NCBI GenBank assembly: GCA_028280675.1
Contig: JANQLI010000062.1
Coordinates: 1 to 42,302, forward strand
Direction: 5' to 3'
Length of the DNA stretch: 42,302 bases
DNA from: Alphaproteobacteria bacterium
GTDB lineage: Bacteria; Pseudomonadota; Alphaproteobacteria; SMXP01
The position numbers and the translations under genes are program-made. The notes below the pieces were generated by a model. That model was given only the letters and a program-made list of their open reading frames with translations, was not told the DNA's origin and did not search any database. Positions 16,961 through 24,728 of this stretch are shown piece after piece (positions within the stretch are counted from its first letter, which is position 1; every line of letters starts with the position of its first letter).

Positions 16961-17473
16961 ATGACAGACCCAGCGAATGAAAAAGACTCAAAGCAAGCCC
17001 AAGAACAAACGGCCCAAAATGACAATGCGGGTGTCATCACCATTCCGCCCTTCATACATATAGGGTTTCTTGCGCTGGCCATCGGTCTTCACTATGTATG
17101 GCCAATCGACATGCTCCCTGCCCCCTGGCAATACATTCTTCCCACTCTGTTGGTTTTGATCGCTGTTTATCTCGGCAAACAATCTGTCCCGGAGTTTAAG
17201 AAAACGGGCACAACATTAGATGTGCGCACCCCCACAACAGCGATTATCACCTCGGGCGCTTACCAATACACCCGTAACCCGATTTACCTTGGCATGGCTA
17301 TTCTTCATATCGCGATCGGAATCTTGATCGACAATCTATGGGCTGTTTTAACCGTCATACCTGCGATGATCGTGATGACAGAAGGCGTCATCAAACGCGA
17401 AGAAAAATATCTCGAAGGAAAATTCGGCGATTCCTATCGCAATTACAAATCACAGGTGCGCAGATGGCTTTAA
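16961..17473 (+). CDS. ICMT/PEMT-family membrane methyltransferase
   Basis: Polytopic. Carries 'YQYTRNPIYLGMAIL' and 'EEKYLEGKFGDSYRNYKSQVRRWL', typical of isoprenylcysteine carboxyl / phospholipid methyltransferase-like proteins. Confidence 0.7.
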   Translation: MTDPANEKDSKQAQEQTAQNDNAGVITIPPFIHIGFLALAIGLHYVWPIDMLPAPWQYILPTLLVLIAVYLGKQSVPEFKKTGTTLDVRTPTTAIITSGAYQYTRNPIYLGMAILHIAIGILIDNLWAVLTVIPAMIVMTEGVIKREEKYLEGKFGDSYRNYKSQVRRWL

Positions 17474-17949
17474 ACAGCAGGTGCGTCTTCACGTTCCAAG
17501 CCCCACCAACGCCCTGACGGAAACACCAGAAATAGAAACGGCATGAGTAAGATCGGCACCGCTTGAATAAAGAAATATCCCCCTAAGATGAAATTGGCAT
17601 ATAGGAACAATGTCACCAATGACACTGCGCGTTCTCTCACCCCAATCAAAAGCAAGATACCTGTCGCAAGTTGCGTAAGCGTCACAAACCAGGCGATGGG
17701 AAATGCAAGAGGAATCACCACATTTTCCATGTAAATCGCTTGTATGCTGCCGGGTTCCAAAAGAGACAAACGATTTATAAACTCAAGCTGCGCGGTATCG
17801 CTGAATAGCCAGCCAAGCCATACTTTTTGCGCGCCCGCAAAGAGTAAGATCGCTGCATACAGCACCCGCAAAATCACCATGACAGCCTGACCTGTGTGAA
17901 CAGCGGGCGCCGCGCGAAAGGCGGCAAGACTCCAGAACCGGTGTGACAT
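17470..17949 (-). CDS. DoxX-like small integral membrane protein
   Basis: Four predicted hydrophobic spans. 'ILRVLYAAILLFAGAQKVWLG' resembles the DoxX N-terminal motif. The ATG lies 3 nt after the amine-oxidase stop codon, which suggests translational coupling. Confidence 0.5.
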   Translation of the reverse strand: MSHRFWSLAAFRAAPAVHTGQAVMVILRVLYAAILLFAGAQKVWLGWLFSDTAQLEFINRLSLLEPGSIQAIYMENVVIPLAFPIAWFVTLTQLATGILLLIGVRERAVSLVTLFLYANFILGGYFFIQAVPILLMPFLFLVFPSGRWWGLEREDAPAV

Positions 17950-17952
17950 GCT

Positions 17953-19401
17953 CTAAAGGTCGATCTTCTCTAACACTTCAACAGCGGCACGTTCGCCTGA
18001 TTCCATGGCCCCTTCCATACCGGATGCGAGCACAGACGTATGTTCACCACAGAAGTGAATGGGACCATGAGGGGTGGCAATAATATTGCCATATTTCGCA
18101 ATATGCCCTGGACCGCGATACGCGTTATGCCCTTGGGTCCATGGATAGTCGCCCCAATTCATGACCGTTGTCGGCTCTACCCGTCCCACAGTGCTTGGCC
18201 GCACATCATGGAGTTCTTTGAGAGCCTGCTCCATAATATCCTTGTCACTCATACCACTTAACGCGGCGGCATCGGCGCCGCCTTTTTGCATCCAGAGATA
18301 ATAGCCGTCCCCCCAGGAATAACGGAACACGCGGCCCATGGCATGATTGGTCCAAGTAGAACCGGGCATGCCATCCTCTTCCCAGTAAGGGTCAGTGACA
18401 TGGAAGTAAATACCTGCGGAACGATCACATGGAATCGTGGCAACCGCTTCGGCTTGTAAGTCTGGAAGACCCGGCTCAAACTGAATCTGCTTTAGAATAG
18501 TCAACGGGACTGTGCAAATCACATAACGCGCACGATAGGCGCGTCCCTTTGCATCGCGCACTTCAACGCCCTGATCATCATATGAGATGGACTCAATAGT
18601 TGCGCCAAATTGGACATCACGCGACAAAAGTCGCGCCATGCCTTCCGGCAACCGGCTCATCCCATCTTGCATTTGATCAAGACCATCAAGACCACCGACA
18701 AATTGCTGGAAACGTTGCGAACGCATTATCCACAATGTTGACACCCCATTGGCATCACCGGGATCTAATTGCTCACTGATCAAACGAATCGCTTCATCGC
18801 TCGCCCCTTGCGACTTCAAGAAGTCACCATACGGAATATCATATTTGGCATTTTCCGGTTCGAGCCACGAGTCAAGGTCCGCCAGAGGCGAAGGACGCAT
18901 GGCGTACTTAGGGCCAAGAGCAAACGGACCAAAGGGGCCGGTGTTGCGTTCAGATTCAGGCAGTTTGTTCACGGTGGCTTGAGGCCAATCCAATACCGGC
19001 ATCAAACTACCATCAATATGCAAGGCAAATTCAAGTTGGAAAATATCGATGAAAGGCTTCATGGTGAAGCCGCCAACGCGGTCAATCATGTCGCGCACGC
19101 GTGCATACGTGGTCCCAATCTCAGAGCCCCCCACATCGGGACGTCCAGGGGCATCGTCTTTGGTATAGACCCGGCCACCGACACGCTCACTGCCTTCGAG
19201 AACAAGGACATCCACACCAACGTCTTGCAACAGTACCGCCGCTTGCAAGCCCGACAGACCCGCACCAATCACAATCACATCGGCATCGCGATTGCTCAAT
19301 CCGAGTGAAGCCGCCCGTACCACATGCGGGAATCCAACCATTGCTGCGCTGGCTGTAACTGCTTGTAGTGTTTGACGGCGCGATAATTTCTTCAGAGACA
19401 C
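17953..19401 (-). CDS. Tat-exported flavin-dependent amine oxidase family protein
   Basis: I prefer the GTG at 19401, preceded by AAGGGGAAAAGG. That start gives MSLKKLSRRQTLQAVTASAAMVGFPHVVRA, a twin-arginine signal. FAD dinucleotide motif 'DVIVIGAGLSGLQAAVLL...VLEGSERVGGRV'. Confidence 0.85.
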   Translation of the reverse strand: MSLKKLSRRQTLQAVTASAAMVGFPHVVRAASLGLSNRDADVIVIGAGLSGLQAAVLLQDVGVDVLVLEGSERVGGRVYTKDDAPGRPDVGGSEIGTTYARVRDMIDRVGGFTMKPFIDIFQLEFALHIDGSLMPVLDWPQATVNKLPESERNTGPFGPFALGPKYAMRPSPLADLDSWLEPENAKYDIPYGDFLKSQGASDEAIRLISEQLDPGDANGVSTLWIMRSQRFQQFVGGLDGLDQMQDGMSRLPEGMARLLSRDVQFGATIESISYDDQGVEVRDAKGRAYRARYVICTVPLTILKQIQFEPGLPDLQAEAVATIPCDRSAGIYFHVTDPYWEEDGMPGSTWTNHAMGRVFRYSWGDGYYLWMQKGGADAAALSGMSDKDIMEQALKELHDVRPSTVGRVEPTTVMNWGDYPWTQGHNAYRGPGHIAKYGNIIATPHGPIHFCGEHTSVLASGMEGAMESGERAAVEVLEKIDL

Positions 19402-19427
19402 CCTTTTCCCCTTAATAACGAGTAACA

Positions 19428-19465
19428 TTGCCTTATAAGCTACCTTTTGGTAGCTTATAAGGCAA
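19428..19465. promoter_or_regulatory. perfect 38-bp palindrome (17-bp arms, 4-nt spacer); candidate TetR operator
   Basis: 'ttgccttataagctacc tttt ggtagcttataaggcaa'. It lies in the divergent region between the amine-oxidase operon and the TetR gene at 19623, 27 nt upstream of the oxidase GTG. Confidence 0.6.
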
Positions 19466-19622
19466 GTATTTTCATGAAATGAGCAATTTAAAGCGCATTT
19501 TTAGACCTTTTTACTGCAATTCGTCGGCTGAAACGTGCCATAATGACTACTGGTAGGTATTTTTTTGCGCCCTGTGTTAAGCCCTATGTCAGGACACCAT
19601 CGCATCAACGTTCGGAAAAGGA

Positions 19623-20297
19623 ATGAGGCCAGTGAGTGCTGCGGCAGTAAAACCGAAGAGTTCAAAACGCCAGAAAAGTGAAGAGGTTATTCTGGATGCG
19701 TTTGAACGCACCCTGATCCGCGATGGCTTACATAAGATCGGTGTGAATGCGGTGATGCGCGAAGCAGGGCTCGCCAAGCCATTGCTGTATGATTATTTTG
19801 ACGATCTCAATGGACTCGCGAAAGCCTGGGTCGCGCGCCGTGGGATCTGGCCAGGGCAACATGAGGGCAGCTTCATGTCCGATGAGGATCGCAAGCGTAA
19901 TCGCGATCCTTATGATCAACTAAAAAGCCTCCTCGTAGGCTTTGCCAACGGCCTTCGCGGCAACCCTGTCGCACTGGAATTGCTGGCTGCGGACCTGACA
20001 GGCAGCCGCTTGCTCGGTGATGCCCTGTCTGATCTCCGGCAAAAGTGGCGCGATAATTTAGAGATGCAAATCAGCCAAGACTCTTTACCAGAAGAAATCG
20101 ACATCGAAAAATTTATCACCATCTTTTATCCGGCCATTGTGTATTTGTGTTTACGATCTCGCAGAGGTGAACCCCTTGGAACAATGGATTTAAGTCAGGA
20201 TGAAGGGTGGCAAAAAGCAACCGGTATCATTGCACGGGCGATTGATGATCTTGCCGCCTTTGAAAAAATGAAAACCATGCTATCGGTTGATGAGTAG
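19623..20297 (+). CDS. TetR/AcrR-family transcriptional regulator (paralogue 1)
   Basis: HTH region 'ILDAFERTLIRDGLHKIGVNAVMREAGLAKPLLYDYFDDLNGLAKAWV'. AAAGGA precedes the ATG. Confidence 0.9.
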   Translation: MRPVSAAAVKPKSSKRQKSEEVILDAFERTLIRDGLHKIGVNAVMREAGLAKPLLYDYFDDLNGLAKAWVARRGIWPGQHEGSFMSDEDRKRNRDPYDQLKSLLVGFANGLRGNPVALELLAADLTGSRLLGDALSDLRQKWRDNLEMQISQDSLPEEIDIEKFITIFYPAIVYLCLRSRRGEPLGTMDLSQDEGWQKATGIIARAIDDLAAFEKMKTMLSVDE

Positions 20298-20340
20298 AGC
20301 GTAACATGCGCGTTGGCAGGACTTCTCCCTCCGCATCTTC

Positions 20341-22584
20341 CTATGTGGAACACAGGGGACGTAACCTATGAATCGCCTGAATGACATCATCTGATACAAA
20401 TGGATCCACATCGGAAAACCGGTAATAGGTGATTCCATTCGGGAAGAGCATCATCACCGACCCGGTTTCAGAAGAGAGGAAGGGCACCCACGTCTCTTTG
20501 GGACATCCGAGCAGCGGGGCGACATTGCGGGCATAAAATGCATTCTTATAGCGATAGGTCTCCCGATCCGCACCAAAGGCATGACCGACAGCAGAGCCGC
20601 GATCTGTTTCCACACGTTGCATAGCTGCGGCGAACATGTAGTCATCCAAGAGCGTTCTATCACCCACTTGCCCCTTCCCATGCTGCAGCCAATCGCCAAG
20701 GCGCGCCACATCATGTGGCGTCATCCATAATCCATTATAGGTATAGGCCTGATTGATTGGATCAGCCGTCCGCAATGGTGTCTCAAGCAGTCGTGACATA
20801 CCGAGAGGACGCCATAGCTTTGACAACATCAGATCGTTATAAAGATCGGCCTCTTCGCCATTCTGCTCTTGATAAAAGGCATTCAGCGCCGCTCCCAAAA
20901 GATAGGACGTAGACGATTGATAAACCCACACATATCCAGGATTCGCCTGGCGATAAAACTGATTACATGCCAAGCGCGTTTTTCCAAAATGCGAATCCAT
21001 AAGGAAAAAACGCAACATGGCTGCACTCGATTCATCGATTCCCGGTGCGCGTAAATCGAAATGGCCAGTCGTCATATTCAGCGTTTGGGAAAATGTGACA
21101 TTCTCCCATCCATAAGCAACAGCACAGGCTGGAATATAAGTCATAATCTGTTGCTCAGATAAGTCCGGATAACGATGCGCAAGCATCATAGAGGCAAATC
21201 CACCGATCAGCGCATGCGAGAGAGCGTAAGACGGTAGTGCCATCTCATCGCAATATGGATGTAACCCTGCGCGGGTTTGGCAACCTGCTTGATAATGCAC
21301 CCCATCAATGATCAATCCTGAAATCGCGCTATAATCGGCCTTACCGTCATTGATAGCGCTGAGGTGAACCGCATCGAAAGGACTCAACTCCCCTTCTAAC
21401 TCTTGCAAAGGTTTGCTAGGAAGGCGCATCATAAATTCATCATGTGTCGCGTCAACAATCGCCTGCTGATTGTCGTAGACACGCTGCGTATAGTCCCCCT
21501 TTAACATACCCCACATATTGACTTGGTAATCGGCGCATGTCTCACGCGCAAACTGAAAGGCAATTTGCGAAATCTTACCCTCATTATTATATAAAAATAT
21601 CATCACCCCATGATGCGTACAATTTTCATAGCCCTCTACCAACGCAATAGGCAGAGCCGCACGGCTATACCCCTCATCGTCACCCTGCGACCACACCTGA
21701 CCTGGCTGAACAATAATGCCCCAAAAGGGGTGGTCTGTTTTTTGCAGGCCGCGGCGCACAGGGATAAGGCTATCTCCCGCCTGGATCAGATCGAGCGTAG
21801 TGGATGGAAAAGAGTTCGTTTGAAGCTCCTGACGTTCTGTCAAAGCCAGACGATCATAAAGGGGGAGAAACCCGTTCATTAGTTGAGCGTCTATGTGCAA
21901 TTGGCCCTGGAAGGTATGTATGGCCTGCCGCGCGTCTGCAGGCAGCGCAAAAGCAGACATATGCTTGAGTGATGGCATATCCCCACGCAACAACTGACTC
22001 ATCAAAAAGGGTGTTTTGTCTATAGAAACCCGCTGCGTCTTGCGCTCTAAACGCCGCAAGGGAGCTGCTGTGACAGTGATATTATCCGCCCAGCATCTTG
22101 CGGCATAATTTGTTGATGTGTTTCGAACGCGTATCGTAATCGATTCTTGGTTGTCCAGAGATTCATTCTGCGACGAGATGATGTACATGGTTTTGCCATC
22201 ATCTTGATCTTTCCAAATTTGACCGATCGTCTTCCACTCCTCCTCCCCTTTGACTAACACATCGGCCACACAGAAGTCGTTCTTGGTGAGTTGTTTGGCG
22301 GCCAGAGAGACAGAAACTTTCACGTCACCATAACCAAGCGTTGAAAATGACCGCACAGCCGCAGTGTTAGGGGCGAGTTGCAGAAGAACATTTCCCTCTT
22401 TGGTAATGAGACGGGGTTCACTATCCCCGAAAGCCCGCCATGCGATGGCATTCTGGTCTTCAAAGTCATCAATGAGCACAATATCCGCATCGCTGCTGGT
22501 CACTGTGCCCATTGTGATGAGAGCAGCGAACAACAGCATCCTCAGAAGAAAGAGGACAGAAAAGATGGGGCAGTGGTGTCTCAT
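20341..22584 (-). CDS. exported 747-aa multidomain protein: N-terminal jelly-roll/CBM-like module, unknown middle region, C-terminal beta-lactamase-fold-like domain with non-canonical motifs
   Basis: Start taken at ATG 22584, giving the signal-like MRHHCPIFSVLFLLRMLLFAALITMGTVTSSDA. 'IVLIDDFEDQNAIAW...ADNITVTAAP' is CBM-like. The C-terminal 'TLNMTTGH', 'YQSSTSYLLGAALN', 'LWRPLGMS' and 'NGLWMTPHDVARLGDWL' resemble the serine-hydrolase (class C-like) scaffold. Confidence 0.5.
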   Translation of the reverse strand: MRHHCPIFSVLFLLRMLLFAALITMGTVTSSDADIVLIDDFEDQNAIAWRAFGDSEPRLITKEGNVLLQLAPNTAAVRSFSTLGYGDVKVSVSLAAKQLTKNDFCVADVLVKGEEEWKTIGQIWKDQDDGKTMYIISSQNESLDNQESITIRVRNTSTNYAARCWADNITVTAAPLRRLERKTQRVSIDKTPFLMSQLLRGDMPSLKHMSAFALPADARQAIHTFQGQLHIDAQLMNGFLPLYDRLALTERQELQTNSFPSTTLDLIQAGDSLIPVRRGLQKTDHPFWGIIVQPGQVWSQGDDEGYSRAALPIALVEGYENCTHHGVMIFLYNNEGKISQIAFQFARETCADYQVNMWGMLKGDYTQRVYDNQQAIVDATHDEFMMRLPSKPLQELEGELSPFDAVHLSAINDGKADYSAISGLIIDGVHYQAGCQTRAGLHPYCDEMALPSYALSHALIGGFASMMLAHRYPDLSEQQIMTYIPACAVAYGWENVTFSQTLNMTTGHFDLRAPGIDESSAAMLRFFLMDSHFGKTRLACNQFYRQANPGYVWVYQSSTSYLLGAALNAFYQEQNGEEADLYNDLMLSKLWRPLGMSRLLETPLRTADPINQAYTYNGLWMTPHDVARLGDWLQHGKGQVGDRTLLDDYMFAAAMQRVETDRGSAVGHAFGADRETYRYKNAFYARNVAPLLGCPKETWVPFLSSETGSVMMLFPNGITYYRFSDVDPFVSDDVIQAIHRLRPLCST

Positions 22585-22775
22585 TCCAGAATCATGACCG
22601 AGCGATACAAGAGAATCGGGCGCGCATGATGGTAAACGTGACTTCACCTTGAATGCCAATCTTTATCTATAAGTAAGATGAGAGCCAAATATACACAAAC
22701 ACGCAGTTGTTTCAAAATACTACATACCTGCGATGAGGACAATTTTAACCATCTTACACAATGCAGGATCGGCGC

Positions 22776-23414
22776 TCAGGACTCCGGGAAATCCGCCAGT
22801 GAAATCACCTTATGCACATACTGATCGGTTTCGAGCTCATCAAAAACACAAGAAGCTAAATCGGCGCGGGAAACGCTTGTCCCGCTTGGCAAGACGTTGC
22901 GCCCTTCGATGACCTCGTATGCTTTCTTCTGTTCTTTGTTGTGCAGCATAGGCGCGCGCACAACGGTGACATCTAGTCCACTGTCCAATACTTCATTTTC
23001 CATTTGGTGCATATCGCCATAATATTTACGGCGGAGAAAGAGATACACATTACGCCGGATGCCAGGGCGCTTCACTTGCGCAGCGCCAAGTGAGGATATC
23101 GGGACCAACCGCTTGATATTATGAACGCGCATCCCTTCAACAATATTGCGATGCCCTTCCGTATTTAACGTATATCGCGTATCGCGCAGGTCACGTTTTC
23201 CAATTGTGGTCACGACAGCATCCGCTCCGGCAACGCCATCAATCATAGACTGCCGGTCAAAGGCATCGCCCTTGCGTTTGGCGATCCGAGGATCGGCGCT
23301 TTTGATATTCTCAGGCGTCCGCGCGACACCGATCACCTCATGACCGCGTGTCAAGGCTTCTTTGATAAGCTCAGTGCCAGTTACACCTGAAGCGCCAATA
23401 ATTGCCACCTTCAT
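22776..23414 (-). CDS. NAD(P)H-binding (atypical SDR / flavin-reductase-like) protein
   Basis: 'MKVAIIGASGVTGTELIKEALTRGHEVIGVARTPENI'. AGGAGA precedes the ATG. Paralogous to the product of 30709-31356. Confidence 0.8.
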   Translation of the reverse strand: MKVAIIGASGVTGTELIKEALTRGHEVIGVARTPENIKSADPRIAKRKGDAFDRQSMIDGVAGADAVVTTIGKRDLRDTRYTLNTEGHRNIVEGMRVHNIKRLVPISSLGAAQVKRPGIRRNVYLFLRRKYYGDMHQMENEVLDSGLDVTVVRAPMLHNKEQKKAYEVIEGRNVLPSGTSVSRADLASCVFDELETDQYVHKVISLADFPES

Positions 23415-23476
23415 GAGACGTTCTCCTAGTGTTTATATTGTGTTTATGTTGCGGTGCTCGCCCATATGGCGTGGCA

Positions 23477-23842
23477 TTAGTCGTCCCCATCTACTGAAAA
23501 ACTATACACACGCGATAGCTTATCACCCTGATAGATGTAAACGCCGAGCGTCCCGCGCGTCACAAATTCTCCACCCTCTTTATACTGATCTTTTTCATAT
23601 GCAACGACGATATTCCCAAAAGATTTTAAAAAAGTCACATCGCCTTTGATATATTCTTCACTGTCAAAAACCATCTTCAAGCCAAAAGCCGCTTGTTCTT
23701 TGCCTTTTGAGCGCAGCTCCGCACCGTCCTCTGTGATTTTAAACCACGCATAATCGTCTGACACAAAACTCAAAGCTTTCTTGATGTCACGCTCATCATA
23801 TGCTTTTGATGATGCGCGAAAGAGGTCCTCCACATCAGGCAT
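23477..23842 (-). CDS. NTF2-fold (SnoaL/DUF4440-like) small protein
   Basis: 121 aa. N-terminal 'FRASSKAYDERDIKKALSFVSDDYAWF' fits the pattern of NTF2-like proteins. AAGGGGA precedes the ATG. The gene starts 24 nt after the TetR paralogue 2 stop. Confidence 0.55.
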   Translation of the reverse strand: MPDVEDLFRASSKAYDERDIKKALSFVSDDYAWFKITEDGAELRSKGKEQAAFGLKMVFDSEEYIKGDVTFLKSFGNIVVAYEKDQYKEGGEFVTRGTLGVYIYQGDKLSRVYSFSVDGDD

Positions 23843-23866
23843 TGCTATCCCCTTATGATCTGTTAT

Positions 23867-24547
23867 TTATGTGTTTCGTTTTCTTTTCTTCTGACGCTCT
23901 TCCGCAATCGAGATATAGGATTGATAGGCGATAAGATCATCGAAGATCTCTTCAAGATCCGCCATAACCGCCGCCCATCCTTCATCAGTATCCAGTTGAA
24001 CCGTGCCCATGTAATCCGGCGCTGTGCGCGCCCGTAATACAAGATAATAAATAGCGGCGTTAAAAATACGAAGTGTTGGTCTGCCTTGTATATCTGCTGT
24101 CTTAAGATCTTGACCGAGAAAGCGGGTTTCTTCCTGTGTGCGTTCTTCGCGCAACTCGGCAAGGGCTTCGCTGACAGGGCCAGATTCAAGAAGTTCGGCG
24201 GTGAGCAGTTCCAACAATAAAGGGTTATTTCTAAGATAGTCTGCTAATCGAATGAGGTTTTGCTTTTGAAAAAGAAGTGGATTGTCATTGTAATTGACTA
24301 TGTCATCTGCTGCGAAAATTTCCGTGAGATCCGGCCAGATCTTACGGCGCTCGACCCAGGTCTTAATCAACCCCACAAGACCATCAAAATATTTATAGAT
24401 GAGTGTCTTTGCGACATCTCCTTCTCGCGAAATCGACATGACAGAAATTTTGTGTGCGCCATCACGCAGAAGCACTCGCTCAAAAGCATCAAGAATGGCT
24501 TCTTCGGTCTTTTCGCGGCGCGGCTGTTTTTTGACTGTTGTTGACAC
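23867..24547 (-). CDS. TetR/AcrR-family transcriptional regulator (paralogue 2)
   Basis: GTG start. HTH region 'ILDAFERVLLRDGAHKISVMSISREGDVAKTLIYKYFDGLVGLIKTWV'. Confidence 0.85.
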   Translation of the reverse strand: MSTTVKKQPRREKTEEAILDAFERVLLRDGAHKISVMSISREGDVAKTLIYKYFDGLVGLIKTWVERRKIWPDLTEIFAADDIVNYNDNPLLFQKQNLIRLADYLRNNPLLLELLTAELLESGPVSEALAELREERTQEETRFLGQDLKTADIQGRPTLRIFNAAIYYLVLRARTAPDYMGTVQLDTDEGWAAVMADLEEIFDDLIAYQSYISIAEERQKKRKRNT

Positions 24548-24651
24548 AGGTGACGACCAAGACGAAAGAAAAACTTTGCCTAGAAATGTACGTTATTGTC
24601 ACTTTTTGTCCAGGAAAATTATTCGGACTTTATCCCTTAGCCACATGTCAT

Positions 24652-24686
24652 GAAAAAACCGGTGGTCGAAAAACCACCGGTTTTAT
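24652..24686 (-). terminator. rho-independent terminator downstream of the TonB-dependent receptor gene
   Basis: Stem 24655-24666 / 24673-24684 ('aaaaccggtggt' / 'accaccggtttt') with a 6-nt loop. On the minus strand the GC core is followed by six U. Confidence 0.75.
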
Positions 24687-24728
24687 ATTCCTGAGTCGCC
24701 TCAAATGAGGGACAGCTATCCGCTTGAG

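Noticed and set aside
17470-17473. A 4-nt overlap of the convergent stop codons of the ICMT-like and DoxX-like genes, within a TTTAAA palindrome.
   Set aside because: This is a trivial consequence of tight convergent packing, with no evidence of functional significance.
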